DNA of 64,000 bases from an uncultured virus (IMG/VR IMGVR_UViG_3300045743_000142) (Duplodnaviria > Heunggongvirae > Uroviricota > Caudoviricetes > Schitoviridae), in the IMG/VR virus record IMGVR_UViG_3300045743_000142; one strand, written 5' to 3'. The position numbers were made by a program, and so were the translations under genes. The notes under the pieces are model-generated. The model saw nothing but the letters and a program-made list of their open reading frames with translations, was not told the DNA's origin and searched no databases. Of the stretch, positions 48,601 through 57,787 are shown one piece after another; positions within the stretch are counted from its first letter, which is position 1; each line of letters starts with the position of its first letter.

Positions 48601-49428
48601 ACAGCCTGGGATGCTTTGTCTACTTACTTGGTTAGCCTGTCACCTCAATGGGCTGATACGACTTCGGATACATCAATAAATCCAGTGACGTTCAAGGCTA
48701 ACTTCTCTACTCTGTACTCAACTCGACAGACACTGCTGAACAAGATAGCTGCAGTAGCAGCTACTTTGGCAAACTGGGACAACGTCACTGGTACAAATAA
48801 ACCACAAGACAACGCTACTAACGGTGCAATCTTTGGAGTCAATATAGGGGGTTGGATTGATATTTCGAACATCTCGACGTACATCCAAAGCGCAGCAATT
48901 GGTACCGCCTACATCGCCAACGGAGCCATCACCAACGCCAAGATTGGCACCGCAGCTATTGGGACAGCCAACATCATTGACGGTGCCATCTCCAACGCGA
49001 AGATTGGTACTGCCGCAATCCAAAGCGCCAACATTGTCGACCTGGCAGTAGGCACTATCAAGATCGCTGGAGAAGCTATCACCGTACCACGGACGTATTC
49101 AAGGTCTGACACAGTCTCTGGGAACAACGCCACCCCAGTAACGATGTTCTCGCAGACCGTTGACATGGGCACATCTGCTGGTAACCTGATCATGCTGTGG
49201 AATGGTTTTGGTGGGTACTCTTCATCTACCAACGTGGACATCTACTTGTATATCGACGGTACTCAGGTTGGACGTTGCCGCTCTGGGGATTCCCGCATGG
49301 ACTCTCAGGCTTGCAATGGTTTTGCTTCAGTATCAGCAGGCACTCATACGGTAGAAGTCAAGCTGGTAGCATCGCCTGGGTTTTCTATAACCGGCCAAAC
49401 TCTGGTTCTCCTGGGAGCAAAACGATGA
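45673..49428 (+). CDS. large tail fibre / host-specificity protein
   Basis: Beta-rich N-terminus, long coiled coil, DVNGLVGGFG and PFIISQGVVYINEAAI (J-like), GAITNAKIG repeats; GGAG RBS at 45673. Confidence 0.8.
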   Translation: MSCTTDTCGIGGWGGPLPGDPSNDIVFTATAAYGGIDLLWSYPTTNPYAVAYTTVFRSSSSSFASATKIAVVGSSYYFDKLTTVSNFFYWIQITSVNGTVLATVGPQAATSKLSIDEIIENLTSKIDSGLLATALRTKIDKIALLDTNLAAETANRLADNTSLTAVLAAVNSDITGVNTLVQSEIAARVSQNSAVVTQLNALATTVNGNTAAIVTEQTARSTAVSALASRVDVLYAASGGGSVTTASIIAAIDAETTARVDADSALATTLTSLIATNRSQSETALNASIASANSARVTGDTVLASSITSLQTTLNTKIGTDIGAAIQSERTVRVTAEGALGTRIDTLQSSLTTSNISLTALLNTEATTRANADGVLAGQITTAQTTLNGSIASVRTDLTASIGVTNGKVTDIGARYTAVVDVNGLVGGFGIYNNGTTVEAGFNVDTFWVGRTTNKVKPFIISQGVVYINEAAIGKLSANSIDTRGMVIRDATGNIIFGSGATASPASYMSVPSNWLNSNVSLGSLGYTGALNATYGAPAGSLVGGVEAVTLANASSAAVTAAQTALTYAYGAAVTANTAATSANTANQSIYAITADNSLSVVEKRDLLLVNKAINDEYSGISGQAASLSITTERTAYYDAYNGLFSYLNTLEPYYFAVSEPSPIVRADFQTAYSNYYFARQVVLNKIAAVAATRATWTSVTGSGKPQDNATYGAPAGTPVAGVDAATLVNNASTAITNAAAAQTAATAAASLATTAQTTANSASNAAATANTAIANIASDTVLSRGEKPRVKLEWDQISNERAGIVSQAQGLSITTELTGYTTAWTALSNYLAALSPSFADTTTDTTIVPDTFRAKFLDLYGTRQTLLNKIAAVTAAAASTAQGAANTATTLANTAQTAANSAAASASAAQTTANNAATAVATANAAITNISSDSVLSKGEKSALVLEWTKIAEERAGFVSQANGLGITTELANYTTAWDALSTYLVSLSPQWADTTSDTSINPVTFKANFSTLYSTRQTLLNKIAAVAATLANWDNVTGTNKPQDNATNGAIFGVNIGGWIDISNISTYIQSAAIGTAYIANGAITNAKIGTAAIGTANIIDGAISNAKIGTAAIQSANIVDLAVGTIKIAGEAITVPRTYSRSDTVSGNNATPVTMFSQTVDMGTSAGNLIMLWNGFGGYSSSTNVDIYLYIDGTQVGRCRSGDSRMDSQACNGFASVSAGTHTVEVKLVASPGFSITGQTLVLLGAKR

Positions 49429-49871
49429 CTGCTTGGTTCACAACTTACGACCCGACGAGCGGGGAAATCATTGGGCAGATGCACATCGATGAAGAACTTC
49501 TTGATGTGAATACTCTGCCTGGGTTTGCAACCACCCCGGGCCAAGTTGATACTGCTGAGTTCTTCATTGCCAGTGGTGTGGTAACGGCTTACACACCTCA
49601 GCAAAAGATTGACAAGGCAGTCAAACCGAGCCACTGGCACCGGTGGAACAACGATTCGATGTCCTGGATGGATACTCGATCGATGGCTCAAGTCTGGGAA
49701 GGCGTCAAGCTGGAGCGGTCTGCCAGGCTTTCAGCTACAGACTGGGTGGTCGTGAAGGCACAGGAGACTGGTACGGCGATCCCTGCTGCTTGGCTTGAGT
49801 ATCGACAGGCTCTGCGAGATATCACAAGCCAGACTGATCCACTGAATATCAACTGGCCGAGCTTGCCGTAG
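49425..49871 (+). CDS. tail fibre assembly chaperone
   Basis: ERSARLSATDW...WLEYRQALRDITSQ..INWPSLP; ATGA overlap. Confidence 0.8.
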   Translation: MTAWFTTYDPTSGEIIGQMHIDEELLDVNTLPGFATTPGQVDTAEFFIASGVVTAYTPQQKIDKAVKPSHWHRWNNDSMSWMDTRSMAQVWEGVKLERSARLSATDWVVVKAQETGTAIPAAWLEYRQALRDITSQTDPLNINWPSLP

Positions 49872-49900
49872 CCTAGATTCCTCTGGTTGGAACCCGTGGA

Positions 49901-49906
49901 TATAAT
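49901..49906 (+). promoter_or_regulatory. putative sigma70-type -10 box (late promoter)
   Basis: TATAAT in the intergenic gap; no clear -35. Confidence 0.3.
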
Positions 49907-49966
49907 GCGACGAAACTACAGTCGCAAGTATCCAGGCGGTAGTTCCAAACAACCCGGAGGACTTCT

Positions 49967-50437
49967 ATGTCTGCACTTTCTGATGTTTTTGAAAACAAGT
50001 TTCTCGACTGGCTCCTCCGAGGTCAAGCTATTGGCTTGAATGGTGCTACAGCGGGTGCCGGCACTGGTCCAGCTACCACGTACTTTGCGTTGTTCACGGC
50101 CAATCCCACCGACGCTGGTGGCGGTACGGAAGTCTCAGGCGGCTCCTACACCCGGGTGGGTGTGGCCAGTTCGTTGGTGAACTGGGCAGGTACTCAAGGT
50201 GCTGGTACCACGGCTGTGAGCTCAGGTACCAGTGGCACCACGTCGAACAATAGTGCGGTCACCTTTCCCACTCCTTCAGCCAACTGGGGCTCCATTACTG
50301 GCTGCGGCATCTTTGACGCTTCCACGGGTGGCAACCTGCTGCTCTACGGTGCCCTGGCGATCACCAAGACGGTGAACAACGGGGACGCTTCTCCGAGCTT
50401 TGCTGCAGGTGCCCTCTCGTTCCAGCTCGACAACTGA
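49967..50437 (+). CDS. phage tail/structural protein
   Basis: LSDVFENKFLDWL, EVSGGSYTRV, VTFPTPSANWG, GGNLL; GGAGG RBS. Confidence 0.75.
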   Translation: MSALSDVFENKFLDWLLRGQAIGLNGATAGAGTGPATTYFALFTANPTDAGGGTEVSGGSYTRVGVASSLVNWAGTQGAGTTAVSSGTSGTTSNNSAVTFPTPSANWGSITGCGIFDASTGGNLLLYGALAITKTVNNGDASPSFAAGALSFQLDN

Positions 50438-50449
50438 TTCGGAGGGCCT

Positions 50450-50809
50450 ATGGCTTTCCGGATCAACCGGGTCTACTTCAATGCCGCGGCCCCGGGTACA
50501 GGAAACCTGACCCAGGGTACCGCGGTAATCGGGTTTCGAACGCTGGGTGCAAACCAGAACGGAGCCAGCTTCAACGGTGTGTTCATCGTTGATGCCAGCG
50601 GCAACTGGGAAGCTCGAAGTGGCTGCGTCTTCACCAATTCCACGAGCATCTTGACTCGAGGAGTCCTGGAAGATTCCAGCACTGGCTCTGCTATCAACTT
50701 CACTGCAGCAGTGACGGTGTTCATTGACAGCAGTGCCAAGGATCAAGCCTTGGTCGACACCTTCATGTCTATACCGCCCTTCGTGGCCGCACGTATTTTC
50801 GGAGCCTGA
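50450..50809 (+). CDS. putative tail protein
   Basis: 119 aa beta-rich, GGAGG RBS, within the fibre cluster. Confidence 0.65.
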   Translation: MAFRINRVYFNAAAPGTGNLTQGTAVIGFRTLGANQNGASFNGVFIVDASGNWEARSGCVFTNSTSILTRGVLEDSSTGSAINFTAAVTVFIDSSAKDQALVDTFMSIPPFVAARIFGA

Positions 50810-50810
50810 G

Positions 50811-52154
50811 ATGCCCTCGAATCACCGCAACAAAGCCATAGTACTGAACGCTTCAAACCAGGTTTTGCAGGCCGGTGATACGAGCGGCATCACCTTGGTT
50901 CATGGCTTGGTTTTCTCCAACACCACCGGTGCGTCTGCCACGGTGACGCTGCAACAAGTCATCTCCGGTACAACCTTCACCCTGGCTGTACTGACCTTGG
51001 CGGCAGGGGCTACTTTCCCATGGCCCAAGACGATCAACATTGCAGACTCGTTGAGTGACCAGCTGCAAGCTACTTGCTCTCCAGCAAGTGCGATCACAGC
51101 AACTGTGGCGGCTTACCTTGACACCGCTGCCCAGGCCAGCTCGGGTTTCTCAGCACGTGGCCCGTGGGTTTCCGGAACCACCTACTCGAAGAATGACGTT
51201 GTCACTAGCAGTTCCAAAAACTGGATCTGCCGTGTTGACTCGGTGACGAACACCACGGCTCCAAGCGAGGGGGCAACTTGGGCTGAGTTCATCCAAGCGA
51301 ACAGCCCGGTCACGATCACCTTTGGCAACGGCTTGACTTCAGCAGTCATTGGCAACACAAGTGGTTCTTCAAGCAGCAGTGGAACCATTGCAATCGACAC
51401 GGCTGTGGTTGTCGACAAGACCACTGCTCAAACGGTCACCAACAAGACGTTAGCGCTGGCACAGTTTTCACCTGTGTCGGTGACAAACGGTACTGACTGG
51501 ACTCTAGGGGTTACTCCAGGCCGGACTATTGCTGGACAAGGTATTTTGGGTACGGCTGTTGGTACCGGTAACAACGGGACACAGAACTCATACTACGTTC
51601 TTCCCCCACTTCCCTCGACGTTTAGCGATCCCAATACCTTTGCATTCTCAAGCTACTTGGTGACTGAAGACAACGTCCAGACACTGAAAAACAAGACGCT
51701 GCTTTCTCCTGGACTGACCGCGGCAGCTTTGAGTTCTCCAGTAGTTACTGGAACCATGTCAGTATCTGGTACTTTGGCGTCGACTGGTGACGTTACTTTG
51801 ACGACGTATGCGGAGAAATTCTTTACCAACGCAACTGGAATTACTACGGGAAACCCTTACACGATAGTGCTGACAAATGGCTCTATCCAAAAGGTGACCT
51901 TGAGTACTACAGGCTCGCTCGTCCTTCCAAATCCCTCTGGTAATGGGGGCCGATCTATAACTATTCTTGTCGGTATGGCAGGAGGTACGCTTACCTGGGC
52001 AGTCACGGGAGGTAGTGCAGTCAAGTGGGGATCAAACAATACAGCCCCTACAGCTTCTACTTCAAACGCAACCACACCGCCTATTGATATGTACTGTTGG
52101 CTGTGTGATGGAACATCTTGGTTTGGTGTTCTAGCTGAAAAGGCGTTCCTGTGA
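50811..52154 (+). CDS. tail fibre protein
   Basis: RGPWVSGTTYSKNDVV module, QTVTNKTL/QTLKNKTL fibre repeats, C-terminal DGTSWFG. Confidence 0.75.
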   Translation: MPSNHRNKAIVLNASNQVLQAGDTSGITLVHGLVFSNTTGASATVTLQQVISGTTFTLAVLTLAAGATFPWPKTINIADSLSDQLQATCSPASAITATVAAYLDTAAQASSGFSARGPWVSGTTYSKNDVVTSSSKNWICRVDSVTNTTAPSEGATWAEFIQANSPVTITFGNGLTSAVIGNTSGSSSSSGTIAIDTAVVVDKTTAQTVTNKTLALAQFSPVSVTNGTDWTLGVTPGRTIAGQGILGTAVGTGNNGTQNSYYVLPPLPSTFSDPNTFAFSSYLVTEDNVQTLKNKTLLSPGLTAAALSSPVVTGTMSVSGTLASTGDVTLTTYAEKFFTNATGITTGNPYTIVLTNGSIQKVTLSTTGSLVLPNPSGNGGRSITILVGMAGGTLTWAVTGGSAVKWGSNNTAPTASTSNATTPPIDMYCWLCDGTSWFGVLAEKAFL

Positions 52155-53728
52155 TTGGCGGCCGATTTCGTCGCAGTACTTCTATCTCTGGTGGAGGCAG
52201 CGGCACTGTAGTCACTGATTCCAGCTTTGGCAACGTCCTGGCTCTCATTCGAGGCTTTGGCACAGGCCAGACTAACTTGACCACCACAAACCGGAACACA
52301 GAAGGTGGTACTACCAGTGCAGGTAACACTTTAATAGTTGACTGGACTGGGCAAATTCCGGCTGCTATGTCCCCGTACAGTAGTACTGCAAGTGATGGAG
52401 TACGTTCTACTGTCTCTAGTATGTTTGTTGGTACTGTACCCAGTTCTAAAGCCTGGACATTAGAAGCATGGGTTTTTATCCCTGATCCAAGTGTTTCCGG
52501 TACAGTAAACGCCGCTTCTTGGATTTCTGTCACTGGTACGTCAGTAACAGTGTCTATGCAGGTGGGATTGCTAGACTCGTCTGCTGATGCGGTGTCTTAT
52601 GCTATTGCCGTTTCGTTTACTGGAACCCGTACCGGATACATCAATGCACTGACCGGATGGCACCACTTTGCAATATCGGCCAGCGGGGCGTTCACCGCAC
52701 CTACTGTTGCAAACCCGTCTGCTACTTCGCCAACTTACCGAATTCACATAGACGGTGTTCAACAGTTCAGTGGTGTAGCTACAGGAGACACTGCCTTTGG
52801 TAGTGCTCATGCAGACGCTACGGCCAGCGCCAACGCCTCAGTAAACATCTATATGGGGCACCCGTACGCTCCCTCTACAGGTTCGCGTGTGATCTTGGGG
52901 GCATCTCTTTCTACTGCTGCTTCTTTTACTGTTCCCACAAGCCCTGTCGGCTACTCCACTATAGGATGGAATGGTAGTTCTGCGGCATTGACTACGTTGG
53001 GCTCAACTGTTTACTGTTCGTATGTAACTCACGGCAAAGTCACGAGTGCCCAAGCGTCTGCTAACACAGACATTGCCTCCAGAAACGATGCTAGGTATCA
53101 CATCTCATTAGCGGCGGTAGGGGCGGCTTCTGCAGTGACTTCTGCAGATACTATTGTTGCGTACGCATCTAGCTCTAGCACCCTAAATAGGTCGTTATTG
53201 CTTTCTGGGGCTTCTGGTCAATACGGTCAAGCAACTTTAGCGTCTGCTACTGGCACCGCAGCATTTACGATAGATTTGTGGGTACGACCTCCTACTACAC
53301 TCAAATCTTGTGGTTTACTGAGTACGGGTTATTCAGGTACCAGTACTGGCGGTTGGCAGATATCAATGACTTCTGCTGGAGCTGTACAGTGGATGACTGA
53401 AGCCACTACTGTACGCATCACAGCAAACTCAGCACTTACTGCTAACACGTGGACTCACATTGCAGTAACTAGCACAGGCACTGTTGACACTCTTTGGATT
53501 AATGGAGTATCTGCGGGTACCTATACACACACTGCAATTAACTATTTCAACTACTTCTTGTATGTTGGCGCAGTTCGACCAACTACATCAGTTGGTACTC
53601 CTGCTGCTGCTACTACTTTTGGCGGGTACATGCAAGATATTCGTATCACTGGAGGCGGAAGCGTTCGATACTCTTCAAACTTTAGTGGAAGTTTGCAGAG
53701 TGCACCGTATTACTCTGAGCCTATGTAG
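52151..53728 (+). CDS. LamG/concanavalin-like receptor-binding protein
   Basis: Two LamG-like units (WTLEAW..WHHFA..IHIDG; FTIDLW..WTHIAV..LWING..GYMQDIRIT). Confidence 0.75.
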   Translation: MIGGRFRRSTSISGGGSGTVVTDSSFGNVLALIRGFGTGQTNLTTTNRNTEGGTTSAGNTLIVDWTGQIPAAMSPYSSTASDGVRSTVSSMFVGTVPSSKAWTLEAWVFIPDPSVSGTVNAASWISVTGTSVTVSMQVGLLDSSADAVSYAIAVSFTGTRTGYINALTGWHHFAISASGAFTAPTVANPSATSPTYRIHIDGVQQFSGVATGDTAFGSAHADATASANASVNIYMGHPYAPSTGSRVILGASLSTAASFTVPTSPVGYSTIGWNGSSAALTTLGSTVYCSYVTHGKVTSAQASANTDIASRNDARYHISLAAVGAASAVTSADTIVAYASSSSTLNRSLLLSGASGQYGQATLASATGTAAFTIDLWVRPPTTLKSCGLLSTGYSGTSTGGWQISMTSAGAVQWMTEATTVRITANSALTANTWTHIAVTSTGTVDTLWINGVSAGTYTHTAINYFNYFLYVGAVRPTTSVGTPAAATTFGGYMQDIRITGGGSVRYSSNFSGSLQSAPYYSEPM

Positions 53729-53730
53729 CC

Positions 53731-54711
53731 ATGGCTGGCTTGCGTCCGACAGGTAGTGGGGCAACAGGTCGAGGCCCAAATGTAGCCCTGGCTGCTGCAC
53801 TGGAAGCCTCTTTGGCTTCTTCAGCGACTGTCTCCGCAACGCTCACTACAGGGATATCCCTGGCAGTAAGTCTTGCTGCACAGGCAAGCGCCAATGCTGC
53901 TTTGTCAACAGAGGTGCGCCTGGCTGCACCTTTGGCCAGCGCAGCTTCTGTTGCCGCTTCCCTATCGATAAGCTCAGTAGACTGGTCCATTGGTGCCCAA
54001 GCTACAGCCAGTCTGTCTGGCAGCTTGACGACTGCGATCCAGCTCCAAGCCTCACTGGTTTCACAGAGCACAGTCAATGCTGCTTTGGGTACGGGTAGTG
54101 GGCTGGCAGCACCCATCACGAGTCAAGCAGCAGTAACAGCAAACCTGACGACAGGTATCCAACTGGTTTCTGGGATCTCTGCCCGGGCGGACTTCTCAGG
54201 TTCACTGTTTGTCTATAGGGCAGTGGCTTCTGCTGTCTTGGCTACTTCTTCTGTCACGGCCAGCCTGACGACATCGATTCGAATGGCTGGGACTTTGGTT
54301 GCCCAGCCTCAGTTCACACCAGTACTGACGAACCGCATCCTGTTGCGAGCCGTCCTGGCTGCCGAAGCATCTCTTGGTGGGGCAATCACCGTACTACCGG
54401 CTGCACTGGCAGCCAGGCTGATAGGCCGGGCTCAACTCACTGCAACGATCGAGACGGAGAAACGAGCTGAGGCCAGCATTCAATCCAGGGCTTCAATACT
54501 CTGCGATCTGTCTACTGGACCCGGCTTGGGTATCGTTCCGGCAGAGCGTGGTTACTACGTTGTTCCGGACCTTCGCTACTATCTAATGCCAGGTGAAAAC
54601 CGAGGGTTTATCACCCCTGCGGAAAATAGAATCTATACTCCAGATTCTGAAGACCGGTTGCTTGGTGTTTCTGCAGAGAGCCGGGTATGTATTCTTGAAG
54701 GGACAGTATGA
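53731..54711 (+). CDS. Ala/Ser/Thr-rich repeat structural protein
   Basis: Roughly 22-aa repeats ending A.LTT.I.L; C-terminal ENR repeats. Confidence 0.65.
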   Translation: MAGLRPTGSGATGRGPNVALAAALEASLASSATVSATLTTGISLAVSLAAQASANAALSTEVRLAAPLASAASVAASLSISSVDWSIGAQATASLSGSLTTAIQLQASLVSQSTVNAALGTGSGLAAPITSQAAVTANLTTGIQLVSGISARADFSGSLFVYRAVASAVLATSSVTASLTTSIRMAGTLVAQPQFTPVLTNRILLRAVLAAEASLGGAITVLPAALAARLIGRAQLTATIETEKRAEASIQSRASILCDLSTGPGLGIVPAERGYYVVPDLRYYLMPGENRGFITPAENRIYTPDSEDRLLGVSAESRVCILEGTV

Positions 54712-55013
54712 CCGAGACCTTTGTTCTCCTCGCTGGAAAACCTACGATCGTCAAGGATCCAAACTCCCGTCTTGACTACACACTGGATTTCTCTGACTGG
54801 CTTCCCAAGCCAGTTGACACCATCGCAAGCGTCTCGTTTCCAGATACCGTGGGCGTGACTGTTGATAGCAGCAGTATTGTCGAAGACAGCAAAGTCGTTG
54901 TCTGGGTAACTGGTGGGGTTGTTGCAGCCCCGGCTTCAGTCACTGTTCGAGTGGTTACCGTAGCCGGTCGCATTGAAGACCGTACCATTTACTTCAGAAT
55001 TAAGGAACGATGA
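54708..55013 (+). CDS. phage fibre-tail adaptor-like protein
   Basis: KDPNSRLDYTLDFSDWL...GRIEDRTI. Confidence 0.65.
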   Translation: MTETFVLLAGKPTIVKDPNSRLDYTLDFSDWLPKPVDTIASVSFPDTVGVTVDSSSIVEDSKVVVWVTGGVVAAPASVTVRVVTVAGRIEDRTIYFRIKER

Positions 55014-55252
55014 TGAGCGATATCCAAGAAACCATTGGATCAACTGTCCATGCAGTAGCCAGCAAAGTCACCGGCAGCGGGTCTGCCATTACTGTGGTCA
55101 GTTGGTATGTCAACTTTGACTGGGGCTTGTGGTTGGGTCTTCTGATTGGTTTGGCAGGACTGGTGGTGAACTGGTACTTCAAGCGTCAAGAAAACCAGCG
55201 CATGCAAGAAGAGCATGACGCCAAGATGGTCATGATGCAGGACCCGTCATGA
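55010..55252 (+). CDS. holin
   Basis: TM helix WGLWLGLLIGLAGLVVNWYFK, charged C-terminus, precedes endolysin; MM start. Confidence 0.8.
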   Translation: MMSDIQETIGSTVHAVASKVTGSGSAITVVSWYVNFDWGLWLGLLIGLAGLVVNWYFKRQENQRMQEEHDAKMVMMQDPS

Positions 55253-55755
55253 GCAGGGTTCGCATTGCAGTCGCAGCCCTGAGCCTCAGCGCTGTTGGCT
55301 TCATCAGCCTGGTGAGCGGTGAAGGCTTCGTCGACAAAGCCATGGTGCCGACCAAAGGAGATAGGCCCACCGTGGGCTTTGGAAGCACCTTCCAGGCTGA
55401 CGGTTCACCGGTGAAGATGGGTGACACCACCACACCGGTGCGTGCCTTGGTGACGGCTGAGGCCCACATCAACAAGCAGGAAGAGCTGTTCCGGCAGTCC
55501 TTGACCGGAGCCAGCCTCAGCCAGGTCGAGTTCGATGTCTACATGGACTTCGTCTACCAGTACGGCACAGCCAACTGGTCGAGCTCGAGCATGCGTCGGG
55601 AGCTCCTGGCTGGCAACTACCAAGCTGCCTGTGATGCCTTGTTGCAATGGAAGCGAGCTGCCGGCTACGACTGCTCGACACCTGGCAACAAGCGTTGCTG
55701 GGGTGTCTGGGAACGTCAACTCGCCCGTCACCAGAAATGTGTGGGGGCTCTGTGA
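55249..55755 (+). CDS. SAR endolysin (GH24 lysozyme)
   Basis: N-terminal IAVAALSLSAVGFISLV, EGF..PTVGFGST, C-terminal CWGVWERQ. Confidence 0.88.
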   Translation: MSRVRIAVAALSLSAVGFISLVSGEGFVDKAMVPTKGDRPTVGFGSTFQADGSPVKMGDTTTPVRALVTAEAHINKQEELFRQSLTGASLSQVEFDVYMDFVYQYGTANWSSSSMRRELLAGNYQAACDALLQWKRAAGYDCSTPGNKRCWGVWERQLARHQKCVGAL

Positions 55756-56096
55756 TGTGGCAAGGCGCACTGGCTGGAGCCTTGCTTGCTGTCGTTCTGG
55801 CTGCTTACGGTGGCTACCGCACAGGTAGCACCTTCAAGCAAAGCGAGTGGGACGCTGCTGTCCTAGGGAAACAGAAGGGTGAAGCTGCTGCTCTCAAAGC
55901 TGCGGCTGAAGCCATCGCAAAGATCGAGGTGAAAAGTGAACAACTCATCCAGCCTGTTCGTGTCGAGATTCGCACGAACACTGTGTACCGCGATTGCAAG
56001 CACTCTGATGACAGCTTGCGCAACCTCAACGCCCTCATTGGTGGAACCGAACCCACTGGTAGTGGCGTCGTGCCCTCAGCCAACGCCCCTCGGTGA
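55755..56096 (+). CDS. Rz-like inner-membrane spanin
   Basis: N-terminal TM followed by a helical region; TGATG overlap with endolysin. Confidence 0.75.
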   Translation: MWQGALAGALLAVVLAAYGGYRTGSTFKQSEWDAAVLGKQKGEAAALKAAAEAIAKIEVKSEQLIQPVRVEIRTNTVYRDCKHSDDSLRNLNALIGGTEPTGSGVVPSANAPR

Positions 56097-56217
56097 TTCG
56101 AGCTTCGGTGCAACCACAGAGAAGCTCATGTGGTTTGCAGTGAACTACCGCAAGTGTCGTGAAGCTGCTCTGGCTACCAACGTCACCAATATCAGCACTA
56201 CGAAAGACCCTCGATGA
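55936..56217 (+). CDS. Rz1-like outer-membrane lipoprotein spanin (start uncertain)
   Basis: LMTA/C lipobox, Pro-rich, overlaps Rz in another frame. Confidence 0.7.
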   Translation: MNNSSSLFVSRFARTLCTAIASTLMTACATSTPSLVEPNPLVVASCPQPTPLGDSSFGATTEKLMWFAVNYRKCREAALATNVTNISTTKDPR

Positions 56218-57398
56218 TCGATCTTCTGTTGATGAAGCATGCCACTCCTCGTCAGACGGAGTATCTGAAAGCCATTGAAACTCATGGATCGGCCTACAAG
56301 GCAGCTAAAGCTCTAGGAGTGAGCGCAGGTAGCATCCACAACTCGATGGAGTCTCTGAAGCGGTTTGCGGCCTCTCAGGGTAGTGCTCGAGGCCACTTCG
56401 TTAGTGGTGTTGCACCTGGTTTCGCTATGGGCAAAGTGACCGTACAACGGGATGCTCACGGTGAGGTGGAACGTACGTGGGAACGGCAATCACCTGAGCA
56501 AGCCAATCAAATGGCTATGCTGAAGGAATTCGCAGTTACCCTGGGTGAGGGTGTCAAAGGTCTTGCACCCGTCTCCAAGGCCCCATTGCATGCCTCCAAT
56601 GACCTGCTCTGCATCTACCCTTGGGGAGATCCTCACTTCGGCATGTTGGCTTGGTGGGAAGACGCTGGTGCAGACTTTGACCTTGACGAAGCAGAACGGC
56701 TCACTACAGGTGCTGTCGATCGATTGGTAGACACTGCTCCTGTTGGTTCGATCGGATTGCTCCTGAATCTAGGCGATATGTTCCATGCCGATAACCAGAA
56801 GAACCAAAGCCAGTCTGGTCATCAATTGGACGTCTCTGCTCGATGGGCTCAGGTTCAACAGGTTGGTTTGCGGGCAATGATTCACTGTGTGCGAAGGATG
56901 CTGGAGAAACACTCTCTGGTGATCGTGAAGATCAATAGAGGAAACCATGATGACCACAGTTCGTATGCTTTGTCTCTCATGCTGTCTTGTTACTTCCACA
57001 ATGATCCACGGGTCAAGGTGGACCTCTCACCAAGCAATACCTGGTACTACGAGTTTGGTTCTGTACTGATTGGTTCAACCCATGGGGATGAAATCAAGGG
57101 CAAGGACATGGGTGCGGTGATGGCAGCAGACAAGCCGCAGGCTTGGGGGCGCACCACTCACCGCTACTGGATGGTCGGCCATGTACACCACAAGGATGTG
57201 AAAGAGTACCCTGGCGTCATCGTCGAGTACTTCCGCACCCTTGCAGCTCGAGATGCCTGGCACCAAGGCATGGGCTACCGTGCAGGTAGAGACATGCAGC
57301 TCGTGGTGATGCACCGTGAGCATGGTGAGATCGAACGCCACAGGTGTGACGTTGGAATGCTCACGGCTTCTGCTCAAGTCCTTGCTCTAGTCGCTTAA
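56214..57398 (+). CDS. HTH + calcineurin-like metallophosphoesterase
   Basis: GSAYKAAKALGVS helix-turn-helix; GDPHFG, LGDMFH, RGNHD, THGD, GHVHH. Confidence 0.85.
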   Translation: MIDLLLMKHATPRQTEYLKAIETHGSAYKAAKALGVSAGSIHNSMESLKRFAASQGSARGHFVSGVAPGFAMGKVTVQRDAHGEVERTWERQSPEQANQMAMLKEFAVTLGEGVKGLAPVSKAPLHASNDLLCIYPWGDPHFGMLAWWEDAGADFDLDEAERLTTGAVDRLVDTAPVGSIGLLLNLGDMFHADNQKNQSQSGHQLDVSARWAQVQQVGLRAMIHCVRRMLEKHSLVIVKINRGNHDDHSSYALSLMLSCYFHNDPRVKVDLSPSNTWYYEFGSVLIGSTHGDEIKGKDMGAVMAADKPQAWGRTTHRYWMVGHVHHKDVKEYPGVIVEYFRTLAARDAWHQGMGYRAGRDMQLVVMHREHGEIERHRCDVGMLTASAQVLALVA

Positions 57399-57549
57399 TC
57401 ACAGCCTCCCGAATACGAATCTCTTCGGGAGTCTTGTGGTGGAAGAACGTAGTCTCATGCCCAGCCATGTACTGGGTATGACTGCAGTAGATCCAGACAG
57501 CTAGGAAGATCCAGAAAGCTGTCCAAGGTAGTGCGTTACCTTCAATCAT
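57361..57549 (-). CDS. small membrane protein
   Basis: MIEGNALPWTAFWIFLAVWIY..., AAGGA RBS. Confidence 0.6.
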   Translation of the reverse strand: MIEGNALPWTAFWIFLAVWIYCSHTQYMAGHETTFFHHKTPEEIRIREAVIKRLEQGLEQKP

Positions 57550-57787
57550 TGGTTTGTCCTTTGTAGTAGAACTCTTCAGACATCCGTTGAGCAACCTTAT
57601 CATTGACATACTTGTCGAGCCAAGCTGCTCTACGGCCTTTGCGATCCAGAATCTCAAACTCGAACTCTGCACCCTCTGAGGGGTAGCAGTTCTCGGGTCT
57701 ACCCAAGAGCTGAGCTGGAACTTCTGGCTTGTAGTGGATCACCTGGCACTGGCAGGGTATGCCATTGACGGTGGTATCGAAGATCAT
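57542..57787 (-). CDS. conserved phage hypothetical protein
   Basis: GIPCQ..ENCYPSE..EILDRKGRRAAWL. Confidence 0.7.
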   Translation of the reverse strand: MIFDTTVNGIPCQCQVIHYKPEVPAQLLGRPENCYPSEGAEFEFEILDRKGRRAAWLDKYVNDKVAQRMSEEFYYKGQTND

